From the NCBI GenBank assembly GCA_016926185.1, contig JAFGPD010000036.1, positions 1-61,409 on the forward strand: 61,409 nt of DNA, written 5' to 3'. Both the position numbers and the translations under genes were made by a program. How positions within the stretch are numbered: the stretch's first letter is position 1; the number at the start of each line of letters is the position of its first letter. The DNA comes from Candidatus Woesebacteria bacterium (lineage in GTDB: Bacteria > Patescibacteriota > Microgenomatia > UBA8517). Of the stretch, positions 27,902 to 35,400 are shown in pieces. Below the pieces are notes generated by a model that was not told where the DNA came from, made no database searches, and worked only from the letters and a program-made list of their open reading frames with translations.

Positions 27902-28813
27902 TTACACCTTCAAAAAACCTGCAGTTATAAGATTTATCGCCTGTTGTTCGTTTAATCCTCTTGTTCTTAAGTAATTTAATTGCTCTTCCGAAACTTTACC
28001 TATTGATGCTTCGTGAGTGATCTGTGCATCTTTATCTTCACAAACAACTTCCGGAACCAATGTAACTCTGGAGTTTTTATCAGTTACCAAACTTTGACAA
28101 TCTAAATGCCCCGAAGAGGGTGATTTTGCAACTATTTTGGAGCATGCTTTGATATCGCTATCTTTCCGCGCAATTAACCTTAACCTGCTTATCCCAGAAG
28201 AACCCTCCCCTTGTAGAACGATCTCATCTTCTGTGGTGAACCTAGTATTTTTACAATCTGCCAATATTTGCAATTTAACTTTTGCTCCTTTGAGACAAGT
28301 AATTTTGTTTCTGACGGTTAAACTTTTTGGAGTGCGGCTGGTTTTGTATACATAATCCAGACTAGAGTTCTCTTGCAGTAAAAATTCATAATTAGGCTCC
28401 ACCACGCTTTCTTCTTCCCAAGCGTGAACATGTTTGTACTTTACACTGGAGTTTTTCTTGATAATAATTTTCCCCGATGCTCTATGATAACCTTTGATAC
28501 AACCTTCTGTGTTTCCACAAAAACCCTCCAATTCAATTTTCAAACCCTCCTCAACAACAAGCAGATTCCTAAATTTCTGCCTGGTATTTTTAGTGGCAAT
28601 ATTAACACAAGTCAAAAGCGGTCCATCTGGTTGCTCCCTGACCCAAACAAAATAACCTTCCTTGGGTTTTTCCCCAAGATACTCTCTAGTCCAACTATGT
28701 TTCTCCCACGCATCACGGCTTCGCATAAGGACTCCGTGCCTTACCGCTGCCATCTTCTTTATCTTGTGATCAACTTGCCAAAAATGGGCATCTTTTGCAC
28801 TTTTCATATCCAT
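27902..28813 (-). CDS. Short SufB/SufD-family Fe-S scaffold protein (SmsB-like)
   Basis: C-terminal ITHEASIGKVSEEQLNYLRTRGLNEQQAINLITAGFL is the SufBD signature. At 303 aa it is much shorter than SufB or SufD. The start is uncertain; Met at 28753 would remove the overlap with the upstream gene. Confidence 0.75.
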   Translation of the reverse strand: MDMKSAKDAHFWQVDHKIKKMAAVRHGVLMRSRDAWEKHSWTREYLGEKPKEGYFVWVREQPDGPLLTCVNIATKNTRQKFRNLLVVEEGLKIELEGFCGNTEGCIKGYHRASGKIIIKKNSSVKYKHVHAWEEESVVEPNYEFLLQENSSLDYVYKTSRTPKSLTVRNKITCLKGAKVKLQILADCKNTRFTTEDEIVLQGEGSSGISRLRLIARKDSDIKACSKIVAKSPSSGHLDCQSLVTDKNSRVTLVPEVVCEDKDAQITHEASIGKVSEEQLNYLRTRGLNEQQAINLITAGFLKV

Positions 28814-29498
28814 ATTTATCTATGGTTTTAAGAACTTTTTTATAATCTTTACTTTTACAATAAATTTCTCCGTCTATCATCACACATGTCATGTCAGGTT
28901 TTAAAAGATCCAAAATTCTTCCAGAATGAGTGATGATCAGGATGGCAACCTTTTTACTCACCAGCTCTTTTTTGATCGTCCCAACTAGCTTTTTTAAGTT
29001 TTTTATGTCCAAACCCGAATCCAGTTCATCCAATATTAGAAGTTTTGGATCAAGTTTTAAAATTTGCATTAGCTCAGATATCTTTTTCTCCCCTCCCGAA
29101 TAATCCAGGTTGACCTCTCGATGTAATAGCTCTGATCCAATATTCATTTCTTCCTTATCATTGTCTTTTTTGGATATTATTTTCAGAAAAACTGAAAGTG
29201 GTACCCCCTTAAGCGCCGGTGGATGCTGATGTGTTAAGGCAATACCTATCTTAACTCTCTTCTCAGGGGTAAATGAATTGACAACCTTTCTTTTAAAAGT
29301 GATTTTACCGTTGTCGACCTTATACTTTGAGTTGCCCGAAATCACATGTGCCAAGGTCGATTTCCCGCAACCATTGGGGCCCAGAAGAGCAATAACTTCA
29401 CCTTTATTGATTTCAAGATCGACCCCTTTTAATACTTTCTTACCATCGTGTGATGTTGCGTGAAGATTGGTTACTTTTAGTAAATTACTTTTTGTCAT
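28770..29498 (-). CDS. sufC: SufC-type ABC ATPase (SmsC-like)
   Basis: Walker A GPNGCGKST, signature YSGGEKK, Walker B LLILDELDSGLD. I moved the start to the ATG at 29498. Confidence 0.85.
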   Translation of the reverse strand: MTKSNLLKVTNLHATSHDGKKVLKGVDLEINKGEVIALLGPNGCGKSTLAHVISGNSKYKVDNGKITFKRKVVNSFTPEKRVKIGIALTHQHPPALKGVPLSVFLKIISKKDNDKEEMNIGSELLHREVNLDYSGGEKKISELMQILKLDPKLLILDELDSGLDIKNLKKLVGTIKKELVSKKVAILIITHSGRILDLLKPDMTCVMIDGEIYCKSKDYKKVLKTIDKYGYEKCKRCPFLAS

Positions 29499-29709
29499 TT
29501 TTTTTAGCCAGTTTTGCATTAATTTCTTTAACAAGATTTTCCAGCTCTTTCTCTGTCATGCCATGAAGTTCTGCCCCCATTTCAAGTGTCTCAATTTGGC
29601 TCATAAAACAATTTGAACAATGAAGATCATGTTCGGTCAAAATCTTTGCAGCACCAGGACACCTTTCAACAATATCGGCAATCAAATCTGTCTTTTTTAT
29701 CCTTTTCAT
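29485..29709 (-). CDS. DUF1858 / hybrid-cluster-protein-associated redox disulfide-type small protein
   Basis: 74 aa with IADIVERCPGAAKILTEHDLHCSNC...TLEMGAELHG. It overlaps the sufC start by 14 nt. Confidence 0.6.
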   Translation of the reverse strand: MKRIKKTDLIADIVERCPGAAKILTEHDLHCSNCFMSQIETLEMGAELHGMTEKELENLVKEINAKLAKKNDKK

Positions 29710-29746
29710 CGGATCCGTTAATTATAGTCATTTAGTAAAAAAGTTG

Positions 29747-30064
29747 CTAATGAGGAAAAAGAAATTCACCAAGAAGAAAAAGCGTAAAAAGTGCTCCAAT
29801 AAAAGTTGCCAAATATACCGATATCGATCTTTCCTTTTTCTTAACAATAGCCAAAACTCCAGTAATAAAAGCCGAAACCCCGCAAGCTATTCCGGAAAGC
29901 ATCGTAAGAGCCAATACTAGTCTTTTAATAATATCTTCGAAAAGAGTACCACCCGCAGATACTGACTCATATAGGGTGTCTGTAAATGACATACCAATGC
30001 GAAGCAGTATTGGCATCACAGCGATAAGTCCAACTGACCATTTTCCACTTTGCGTTTTGGGCAT
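29747..30064 (-). CDS. Small membrane protein (3 TM)
   Basis: Hydrophobic helices follow MPKTQSGKWSVGLIAVMPILL. I moved the start to 30064. The longer track ORF overlaps the upstream gene. Confidence 0.5.
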   Translation of the reverse strand: MPKTQSGKWSVGLIAVMPILLRIGMSFTDTLYESVSAGGTLFEDIIKRLVLALTMLSGIACGVSAFITGVLAIVKKKERSISVYLATFIGALFTLFLLGEFLFPH

Positions 30065-30131
30065 CAATCTAACTTCCGTACTATAGTTTTCTATATACAT
30101 AAAAAACAAATCAAACTTTAATCGAAAAAGG

Positions 30132-30557
30132 CTAAGAGGTGCTTTTAGGTTCAATTTTAATGGTTCCAATTGCTGTGGCAGTACCTTCCTTATGTTTTAC
30201 TTCCCCTATTTTATACCCAAACTCCCTCGCTAACCTTCTATATGCAGAAATCTTCTCTTTATCTCTTTCATCGATACCATCATGATTTACAAATGTTTTA
30301 AACTCCCCACCTTCGTCAATCGATTTTTTAATATTACCAATCATAGCGTTTCTTAAACTTTCTCTAAATTTGGGAGTGTCATGTACATACCGTCTCCAGA
30401 AATCAATTGAATAAGAAATATCAACAGCATCCCCCTCGGCAATCGTCTCACCCATATAATGCCAACTACCATCCTTGCCTTGGACAGGTTTTTCTACTAG
30501 TGGTCCTCCCGGTCTCTTCCTTGGTTCGCCAGAGAATTCAATGCCAGATTCATTCAT
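30132..30557 (-). CDS. Hypothetical protein (141 aa)
   Basis: Clean ORF with no recognised motif. Confidence 0.55.
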   Translation of the reverse strand: MNESGIEFSGEPRKRPGGPLVEKPVQGKDGSWHYMGETIAEGDAVDISYSIDFWRRYVHDTPKFRESLRNAMIGNIKKSIDEGGEFKTFVNHDGIDERDKEKISAYRRLAREFGYKIGEVKHKEGTATAIGTIKIEPKSTS

Positions 30558-30732
30558 ATGCTAAGCATAACAAAAAATACATATTTTAGAAATTTTGATT
30601 ATTTAATTCTTTCCTGCTATTATTCTGAATATGAATATTAGGAAAAATAAAATAGTTCTCGTTTGTTGTTGCTCCCACTTTTAAGCGGGAGTTTATTTGT
30701 TTGGTTAAACAGATCAACAAACAAAAAGCAGC

Positions 30733-30756
30733 AAGCTCCCGCAAGGGAGTTTTTTT
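30733..30756 (+). terminator. Intrinsic-terminator-like hairpin in the cysK leader (candidate attenuator)
   Basis: AAGCTCCC-GCAA-GGGAG followed by seven T. It ends 13 nt before the cysK ATG. An upstream hairpin (CTCCCAC..GCGGGAG, 30672-30691) has the same arm sequences, so alternative pairing is possible. Confidence 0.5.
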
Positions 30757-30769
30757 ATTGGTTAAAAAT

Positions 30770-31690
30770 ATGAGATACAAAAATATTTTGGGGACAATTG
30801 GAAACACTCCCCTTGTAAGGATCGGTAATATTAATCCAAAAGGCAGAGCAGAAATTTATGCAAAATTCGAAGCTCTCAACCCTAGCGGGAGCATAAAAGA
30901 CCGGATGGCAATATATATGGTCCATCAAGCAGAAAAAAAGGGACTTCTTAAGCTCGGTGCGACCATAATAGAAGCAACAACGGGCAATACCGGAATTGCT
31001 TTTTCTATGATCGCTGCGGTTAAGGGTTACAAAATGATCGCCGTGATGCCCGAGAACATGACGGCTGAAAGAAAGCTTATGATGCAAGCATACGGAGCAA
31101 AAATAATCACTACACCGGCCCATCTTGGACCAAAAGGAGCGATAGCAAAAAGAGATAAATTAGCAAAAAAGATCAAAAATTCCTGGGTTCCAAATCAATT
31201 TGACAACAGTGACAATCCAAAAGCTCACGAGTCAACAGCACAAGAGATCATCGCACATACTAAAGGGAAAGTAGATGCTTTTGTTGCGGGAGTCGGAACT
31301 GGAGGAACTTTTATGGGAATTGCCAAAGTATTAAAAAAAGTAAATCCAAAAGTCATAGTCGTTGCGGTAGAACCGGCTGAGTCAGCGGTTTTAAATGGAG
31401 AAAGCGAAGGCAACCATAATATTCAAGGAATTGGCGAGGGTTTTATTCCGAAGCTCGTAAACTTACGTCTAATAGATCGTTTAGAAAAGGTCAGCACAAA
31501 ACAAGCAGTTATAATGGCAAAAAGAATCGCTAAAAAAGAAGGTATGCTGGTCGGAACGTCATCAGGTGCAAACTTAGTTGCTTCCCTGCAAGTTGCGAAA
31601 AAACTTACCAAAGGAAAAACTATTATCACCATCTTCCCCGACAGAGGCGAGAGATATTTAAGCGAATACTGCAATACAGAAAGACTGTAA
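30770..31690 (+). CDS. cysK: Cysteine synthase / O-acetylserine sulfhydrylase (PLP-dependent)
   Basis: GNTPLVRI...EALNPSGSIKDRMA (PLP Lys)...TTGNTGIAF...GVGTGGTF...SSGAN. I moved the start to the ATG at 30770. Confidence 0.85.
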   Translation: MRYKNILGTIGNTPLVRIGNINPKGRAEIYAKFEALNPSGSIKDRMAIYMVHQAEKKGLLKLGATIIEATTGNTGIAFSMIAAVKGYKMIAVMPENMTAERKLMMQAYGAKIITTPAHLGPKGAIAKRDKLAKKIKNSWVPNQFDNSDNPKAHESTAQEIIAHTKGKVDAFVAGVGTGGTFMGIAKVLKKVNPKVIVVAVEPAESAVLNGESEGNHNIQGIGEGFIPKLVNLRLIDRLEKVSTKQAVIMAKRIAKKEGMLVGTSSGANLVASLQVAKKLTKGKTIITIFPDRGERYLSEYCNTERL

Positions 31691-31775
31691 GAAAAATTAA
31701 GATATTGAAGGATATTTTTTCCTTAACTTTTCTACCAACATCATTGCAGTTCCCTGAAAAACGTCCAAAGCAATC
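31684..31775. repeat. Direct repeat copy 1 (92 bp; 3 mismatches against 32423-32514)
   Basis: I aligned it by eye. The first 66 nt are identical. The repeat begins inside the last codons of cysK. Confidence 0.85.
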
Positions 31776-31815
31776 ACAAACAACTTCTTGCCAAATCCTA
31801 CAAAAAAATCTCTTC
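31697..31815 (-). pseudogene. Decayed duplicate of the 3' end of membrane-protein gene 32436-32876
   Basis: The minus-strand translation ...GFGKKLFVIALDVFQGTAMMLVEKLRKKYPSIS* parallels the intact C-terminus ...GFGISSWVVAAFLAVALDVFQGVAMMLVEKLRKKYPSIS*. Confidence 0.6.
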
Positions 31816-31834
31816 CCCGCCGATAAAGCAAATG

Positions 31835-32245
31835 TTATCTTATTTTTAAAGTGATAGTCTTACTCATTATTCTCCAAAGATTACCACGTTCAGTCTTTAC
31901 ACAATACCCATCATCACATGCTGACTCAAATGGGCAATCCATATCGCACACAATCCACCACCCACGATTCTCACCGTCACGCTGACACCTCTCCTCTATC
32001 ATTAACCTATATTTCTGCTCATAAACCTGCTTGTTGACTGGGTGAGGACACTCACATCCACCACAGTCAAAATGCACCCAAGAACAATCCTCAACTGTAT
32101 GACAGAGCCGATCCGAGAGAGGAACCCGAGACTCATCCGGAATAGTTCTAGTCAAAGTTATCTTGTTACCTAAGAAATACAAAACAGCAAAGCAAATAGA
32201 AGACAGGCCAAAAAATGGTAATATTTTATTTAATTTCTTTCCCAT
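31835..32245 (-). CDS. Membrane-anchored cysteine-rich protein (12 Cys in ~75 aa)
   Basis: MGKKLNKILPFFGLSSICFAVLYFL anchor, then CHTVEDCSWVHFDCGGCECPH...CQRD...CDMDCPFESACDDGYC. I moved the start to the ATG at 32245. Confidence 0.6.
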   Translation of the reverse strand: MGKKLNKILPFFGLSSICFAVLYFLGNKITLTRTIPDESRVPLSDRLCHTVEDCSWVHFDCGGCECPHPVNKQVYEQKYRLMIEERCQRDGENRGWWIVCDMDCPFESACDDGYCVKTERGNLWRIMSKTITLKIR

Positions 32246-32422
32246 ACCTTTATCATAATCAATATTATAAAAAGGGACAACATCGGTAAACACGCCATCA
32301 GACAAAAAAGTGGTTATACCATTAGGAATAACCAAAAAAACTACATTAGAAAAAAATTGTAGTTACCACTCTCTATAACAGAAGCGGAAAAAATATTTAT
32401 GTGAATACGAATGGGCTAAAAT

Positions 32423-32514
32423 ACTGTAAGAAAAATTAAGATATTGAAGGATATTTTTTCCTTAACTTTTCTACCAACATCATTGCAACTCCCTGAAAAA
32501 CGTCCAATGCAACT
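32423..32514. repeat. Direct repeat copy 2 (includes the true 3' end of gene 32436-32876)
   Basis: See copy 1. The offset between the copies is 739 bp. Confidence 0.85.
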
Positions 32515-32876
32515 GCAAGAAATGCCGCCACTACCCAGGAGCTGATACCAAAACCTAATTGCTTAGCTAGCCTTCCCATGACCCAAACAGTAACAAAGTT
32601 GATTACAAAATAAACCCCCATCCACTCATTAACCCCAAGCATTTTATTTTTATAATTCTCATAAACTCTCACAAAAGGTATTGCCAGAATATTTACAAGC
32701 GCCAAAGTCCCAACGCTGTGAATGATCGCCCAAGTCTTGTTGATCCAAAGATTGCCAAGCACAACATTTTGAGGAAAAAGGACGTTGGCCAGCAGAAAAA
32801 CCAAGCTATCAACAACAGAAAAAACTACAAAAGAAATCACAACCAAAAACCCTGTGTTTTGTTTCTTAAAAGCCAT
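32436..32876 (-). CDS. Small membrane protein (4 TM)
   Basis: 146-aa hydrophobic ORF with no recognised motif. Confidence 0.6.
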   Translation of the reverse strand: MAFKKQNTGFLVVISFVVFSVVDSLVFLLANVLFPQNVVLGNLWINKTWAIIHSVGTLALVNILAIPFVRVYENYKNKMLGVNEWMGVYFVINFVTVWVMGRLAKQLGFGISSWVVAAFLAVALDVFQGVAMMLVEKLRKKYPSIS

Positions 32877-32928
32877 TATCAGATAATAACATAGAAAAAT
32901 TCCTATTATCTCAATTTTTCCTGTCAGA

Positions 32929-33426
32929 TCATATCCTTTTGAACAATTCTCTACCTACATCCGTTGCTCGACTTTTTCGAGGGCTTTCTGAATGTATCAA
33001 TAAAATCCCTGCCTGGTTACACTGCTGTAAAAAGATCGGATAGGTATCTTCTTTGTCTCCTATTAAACGGCAATGAGCCATACCAGACAGCTGGTGATGA
33101 AAATTTCCATAATTTCGTATTAGCTCATCTTTGTTCCTGAATCCAGGCAGACTTATCGGAGCAACCCAATCAACTCCCGGCTGTTGAGCAACAAATTCCA
33201 TCCTTTGCCCATGTGGTAAGTATGGTCTATCGATACTTCTCTCAGCCGCCACCTCTTTGTCACCTCCCACCAGAATGAACAACTCACCCTCACTGTGAGT
33301 TGCCCATGAAAATTCGCTTATAGCCATCTTTTGACCATCTGTTCCAACATCATAACTACCAAGGGCAATACTTACCCTCCCACCTTTATTTCTGACAATA
33401 CGCATCCTTTCAACAGCTTCTTCCAA
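32929..33426 (-). CDS. Cytidylyl/adenylyltransferase-fold (RfaE domain II-like) protein with a degenerate HxGH motif
   Basis: RIVSLEEAVERMRIVRNKGGRVSIALGSYDVGTDGQ...GELFILVGGDKEV...RPYLPHGQRMEFVAQQPGVDWV parallels RfaE-II, but TDGQ replaces HxGH. The track start is a TTG, and the frame stays open upstream to 33498. Confidence 0.4.
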   Translation of the reverse strand: MEEAVERMRIVRNKGGRVSIALGSYDVGTDGQKMAISEFSWATHSEGELFILVGGDKEVAAERSIDRPYLPHGQRMEFVAQQPGVDWVAPISLPGFRNKDELIRNYGNFHHQLSGMAHCRLIGDKEDTYPIFLQQCNQAGILLIHSESPRKSRATDVGRELFKRI

Positions 33427-33487
33427 AGAAACAATTCTGCCTTTTCTGTCCGGTCTTTCGCATATGTCAATATCAGATATTGCTTCT

Positions 33488-33919
33488 TCAAAAAATACCT
33501 AAACCCTCAAAATCGTAGTGCGCACCACCGCCATAATTACCTAATATTTTCTCGAGGTCTCTTTCAACAATTACTCCTCTTTCTTTCAATTTTTCCAAAA
33601 AAGGTTTAGCTTTTTCAAAGTCCTCTAACACCGGAAAACTTGACTCCCAAGGTTTACTTGTCACAGAAATATTTCCTAAAGCGGCCAGCAATCTTAACTC
33701 TAGAAAAACTTCTATCGAAAATCCTTGGTTGAAAAATGTTCCCGGATCTTTTTCCCAATTTTTCAGATATGTCTGGAATTTCTGCTTGTAACCCTCTACA
33801 CAATCACTGGTCTTTTGTATTGTCCGCTCTATGTGAGTCCATCTTTGATCGTAATCATCAGGTGGAGCAATAAAGTCTATCCAATCTCTAGCAACATAAC
33901 TTGTTTCTATAACCGACAT
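33488..33919 (-). CDS. Hypothetical protein (143 aa)
   Basis: Clean ORF with no recognised motif. Confidence 0.5.
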   Translation of the reverse strand: MSVIETSYVARDWIDFIAPPDDYDQRWTHIERTIQKTSDCVEGYKQKFQTYLKNWEKDPGTFFNQGFSIEVFLELRLLAALGNISVTSKPWESSFPVLEDFEKAKPFLEKLKERGVIVERDLEKILGNYGGGAHYDFEGLGIF

Positions 33920-34024
33920 TGGGCCAAATTATAACAAAGTTATTGGGAATTAATACTTTTAAAGTTATCTTTTTCTTATTGGGGCAATTTTTAAACCGTT
34001 TTAAAAAAGAGAGTACTTAGAAGT

Positions 34025-34753
34025 TCACTTTTTGAACATTAACTTGAAGTAGTACATATGCCAAAGAGCATGGAAGATCGCGATAAAAGAAAAAGCAATG
34101 CCTGTTTCAACATGCCAGAAAAGCATATTAAATGGAAGTGGTACGTTAACACCATAGGATATTCTGATAACCAGTAATATTCCAAGTGTTGCAGTTGACA
34201 GAAAAAACGTTCCCAGCAAAACATTCCAAAATCTTCGCTGAGTGACAAGTTTCACTTTTCCCTTTTTAACAAGTGCCAAACTCCCTAAATACAAAAGAAT
34301 GAGTAGTGTTCCAATGAGAGGAAGGTTGTACTCTTTCCCTCCTCCACCCTTTGTGTTCACTATTTCGGCTAAATCTTTCTCTTCCGATTCCTTTTGAGAT
34401 TCTTTTAGAGAATCAATAAAATCAACACGCTCTTGAGTTGAAAGATTTGTCCAGCCCTCAGGTTCCTCAATACCAAGTGTTTCAAAATATCTTTCAATAT
34501 CAATTTCTCCCTGATATTTATCTCCACTTTGTGGGTATGCGCCAAGGTTTTCTAAATACGCAAACCTTTCACTGCGGGTCATTGTGTTCCAATTCGATGG
34601 CTTAACTACACCAATAATATTAAAAATTTCGTCCGCACCTGTTCCATCCTTTACTGCATATACAGTAGTTGTATTGCTTGTAAACAAGAGTGCTAGGAAT
34701 ATTAGGATTGCTAAAGTTACTCGTTTTTTATTTTTGTTCATAATTCTTATCAT
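34025..34753 (-). CDS. Secreted/membrane protein with C-terminal His-containing TM bundle
   Basis: Signal/anchor VTLAILIFLALLF. Internal duplicated motif (NWNTMTRSERFAYLENLG / GWTNLSTQERVDFIDSLK). C-terminal helices carry FWHVETG...IFHALWHMYY. Confidence 0.6.
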   Translation of the reverse strand: MIRIMNKNKKRVTLAILIFLALLFTSNTTTVYAVKDGTGADEIFNIIGVVKPSNWNTMTRSERFAYLENLGAYPQSGDKYQGEIDIERYFETLGIEEPEGWTNLSTQERVDFIDSLKESQKESEEKDLAEIVNTKGGGGKEYNLPLIGTLLILLYLGSLALVKKGKVKLVTQRRFWNVLLGTFFLSTATLGILLVIRISYGVNVPLPFNMLFWHVETGIAFSFIAIFHALWHMYYFKLMFKK

Positions 34754-34857
34754 AATACAAAAAGTTACAAAGTTCCTGTTTAGATAACCTTAATAATCTT
34801 ACTGTTTGAAGTTAAATTCTAGTTTGTCTAAGTTGTTTTAAAAAATTTTATATACTT

Positions 34858-34871
34858 GCTCCCCGGGTAGG
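34858..34871. repeat. Distal 14-nt direct repeat of the tRNA-Asn 3' end (att-like)
   Basis: GCTCCCCGGGTAGG is identical to 35213-35226. Confidence 0.85.
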
Positions 34872-35210
34872 TGTCTTTCGTTAAAACTTCAGATCACTTT
34901 TTTCTACCCACTGAAACATCCTTCTTCAAGGCTACATTAACAAGTCTTTTATAAGCAAAAGCTTTACCTGATCCTGATTTCAAATAAAGTTCAAAATCTT
35001 TGGCCTGCTTAAGTGTTTCAAATGCGCAATACCAGACCAGTTTCCAGGGCCTGTGGGGTTTTGTAGATTTCATTATTCCAGAATTATGCTCTTTCATTCT
35101 GACTTCTGGAGATTTTCCAGTATGTCCGTAATAGAATATCTTGGATTTTGAACTTCTAAGAATATATGCATAGAACTCTGGCATAGCCACTCTGTAGCCT
35201 TGGCGAAAGA
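34872..35210 (-). mobile_element. Candidate minimal GIY-YIG cassette inserted at the tRNA-Asn 3' end
   Basis: Bounded by the 14-nt direct repeat and by the inverted 7-mers TCTTTCG (34874-80) and CGAAAGA (35204-10). Its only ORF is the GIY-YIG gene. Confidence 0.45.
34894..35184 (-). CDS. GIY-YIG nuclease-family protein (YhbQ/COG2827-like, 96 aa)
   Basis: FYAYILRSSKSKIFYYGHTGKSPEVRMKEHNSG...WYCAFETLKQAKDFELYLKSGSGKAFAYKRL. I moved the start to the ATG at 35184, because the track ORF runs on through the tRNA. Confidence 0.8.
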   Translation of the reverse strand: MPEFYAYILRSSKSKIFYYGHTGKSPEVRMKEHNSGIMKSTKPHRPWKLVWYCAFETLKQAKDFELYLKSGSGKAFAYKRLVNVALKKDVSVGRKK

Positions 35211-35285
35211 TGGCTCCCCGGGTAGGATTCGAACCTACAACCTGCCGATTAACAGTCGGACGCTCTACCATTGAGCTACCGGGGA
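35211..35285 (-). tRNA. tRNA-Asn (anticodon GTT), CCA encoded
   Basis: I folded the cloverleaf by hand: acceptor TCCCCGG/CCGGGGA, D arm GCTC/GAGC, anticodon loop CTGTTAA, T arm GTAGG-TTCGAAT-CCTAC, then G-CCA. Confidence 0.9.
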
Positions 35286-35400
35286 TTATTAAAATTTCTA
35301 ATTCCTAATTCCTAATTTCTAAATAAGGTTTATTAGGAAATACGAGGAAATTATAGCATTTGAACCTAGCTTATTCCAGGCTTGCAAGACATTTCCATCA

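Noticed and set aside
35185-35271. N-terminal 29 codons of track ORF 34894-35271
   Set aside because: The extension is a translation of tRNA-Asn (..VVGSNPTRG..). The GIY-YIG family starts at the internal Met (MPEFYAYIL).
35290-35330. CRISPR array or other spaced repeats
   Set aside because: The only tandem repeats are 7-9-nt AT-rich motifs with no spacers. I saw no 25-40-nt repeat/spacer periodicity anywhere in the window and no cas genes.
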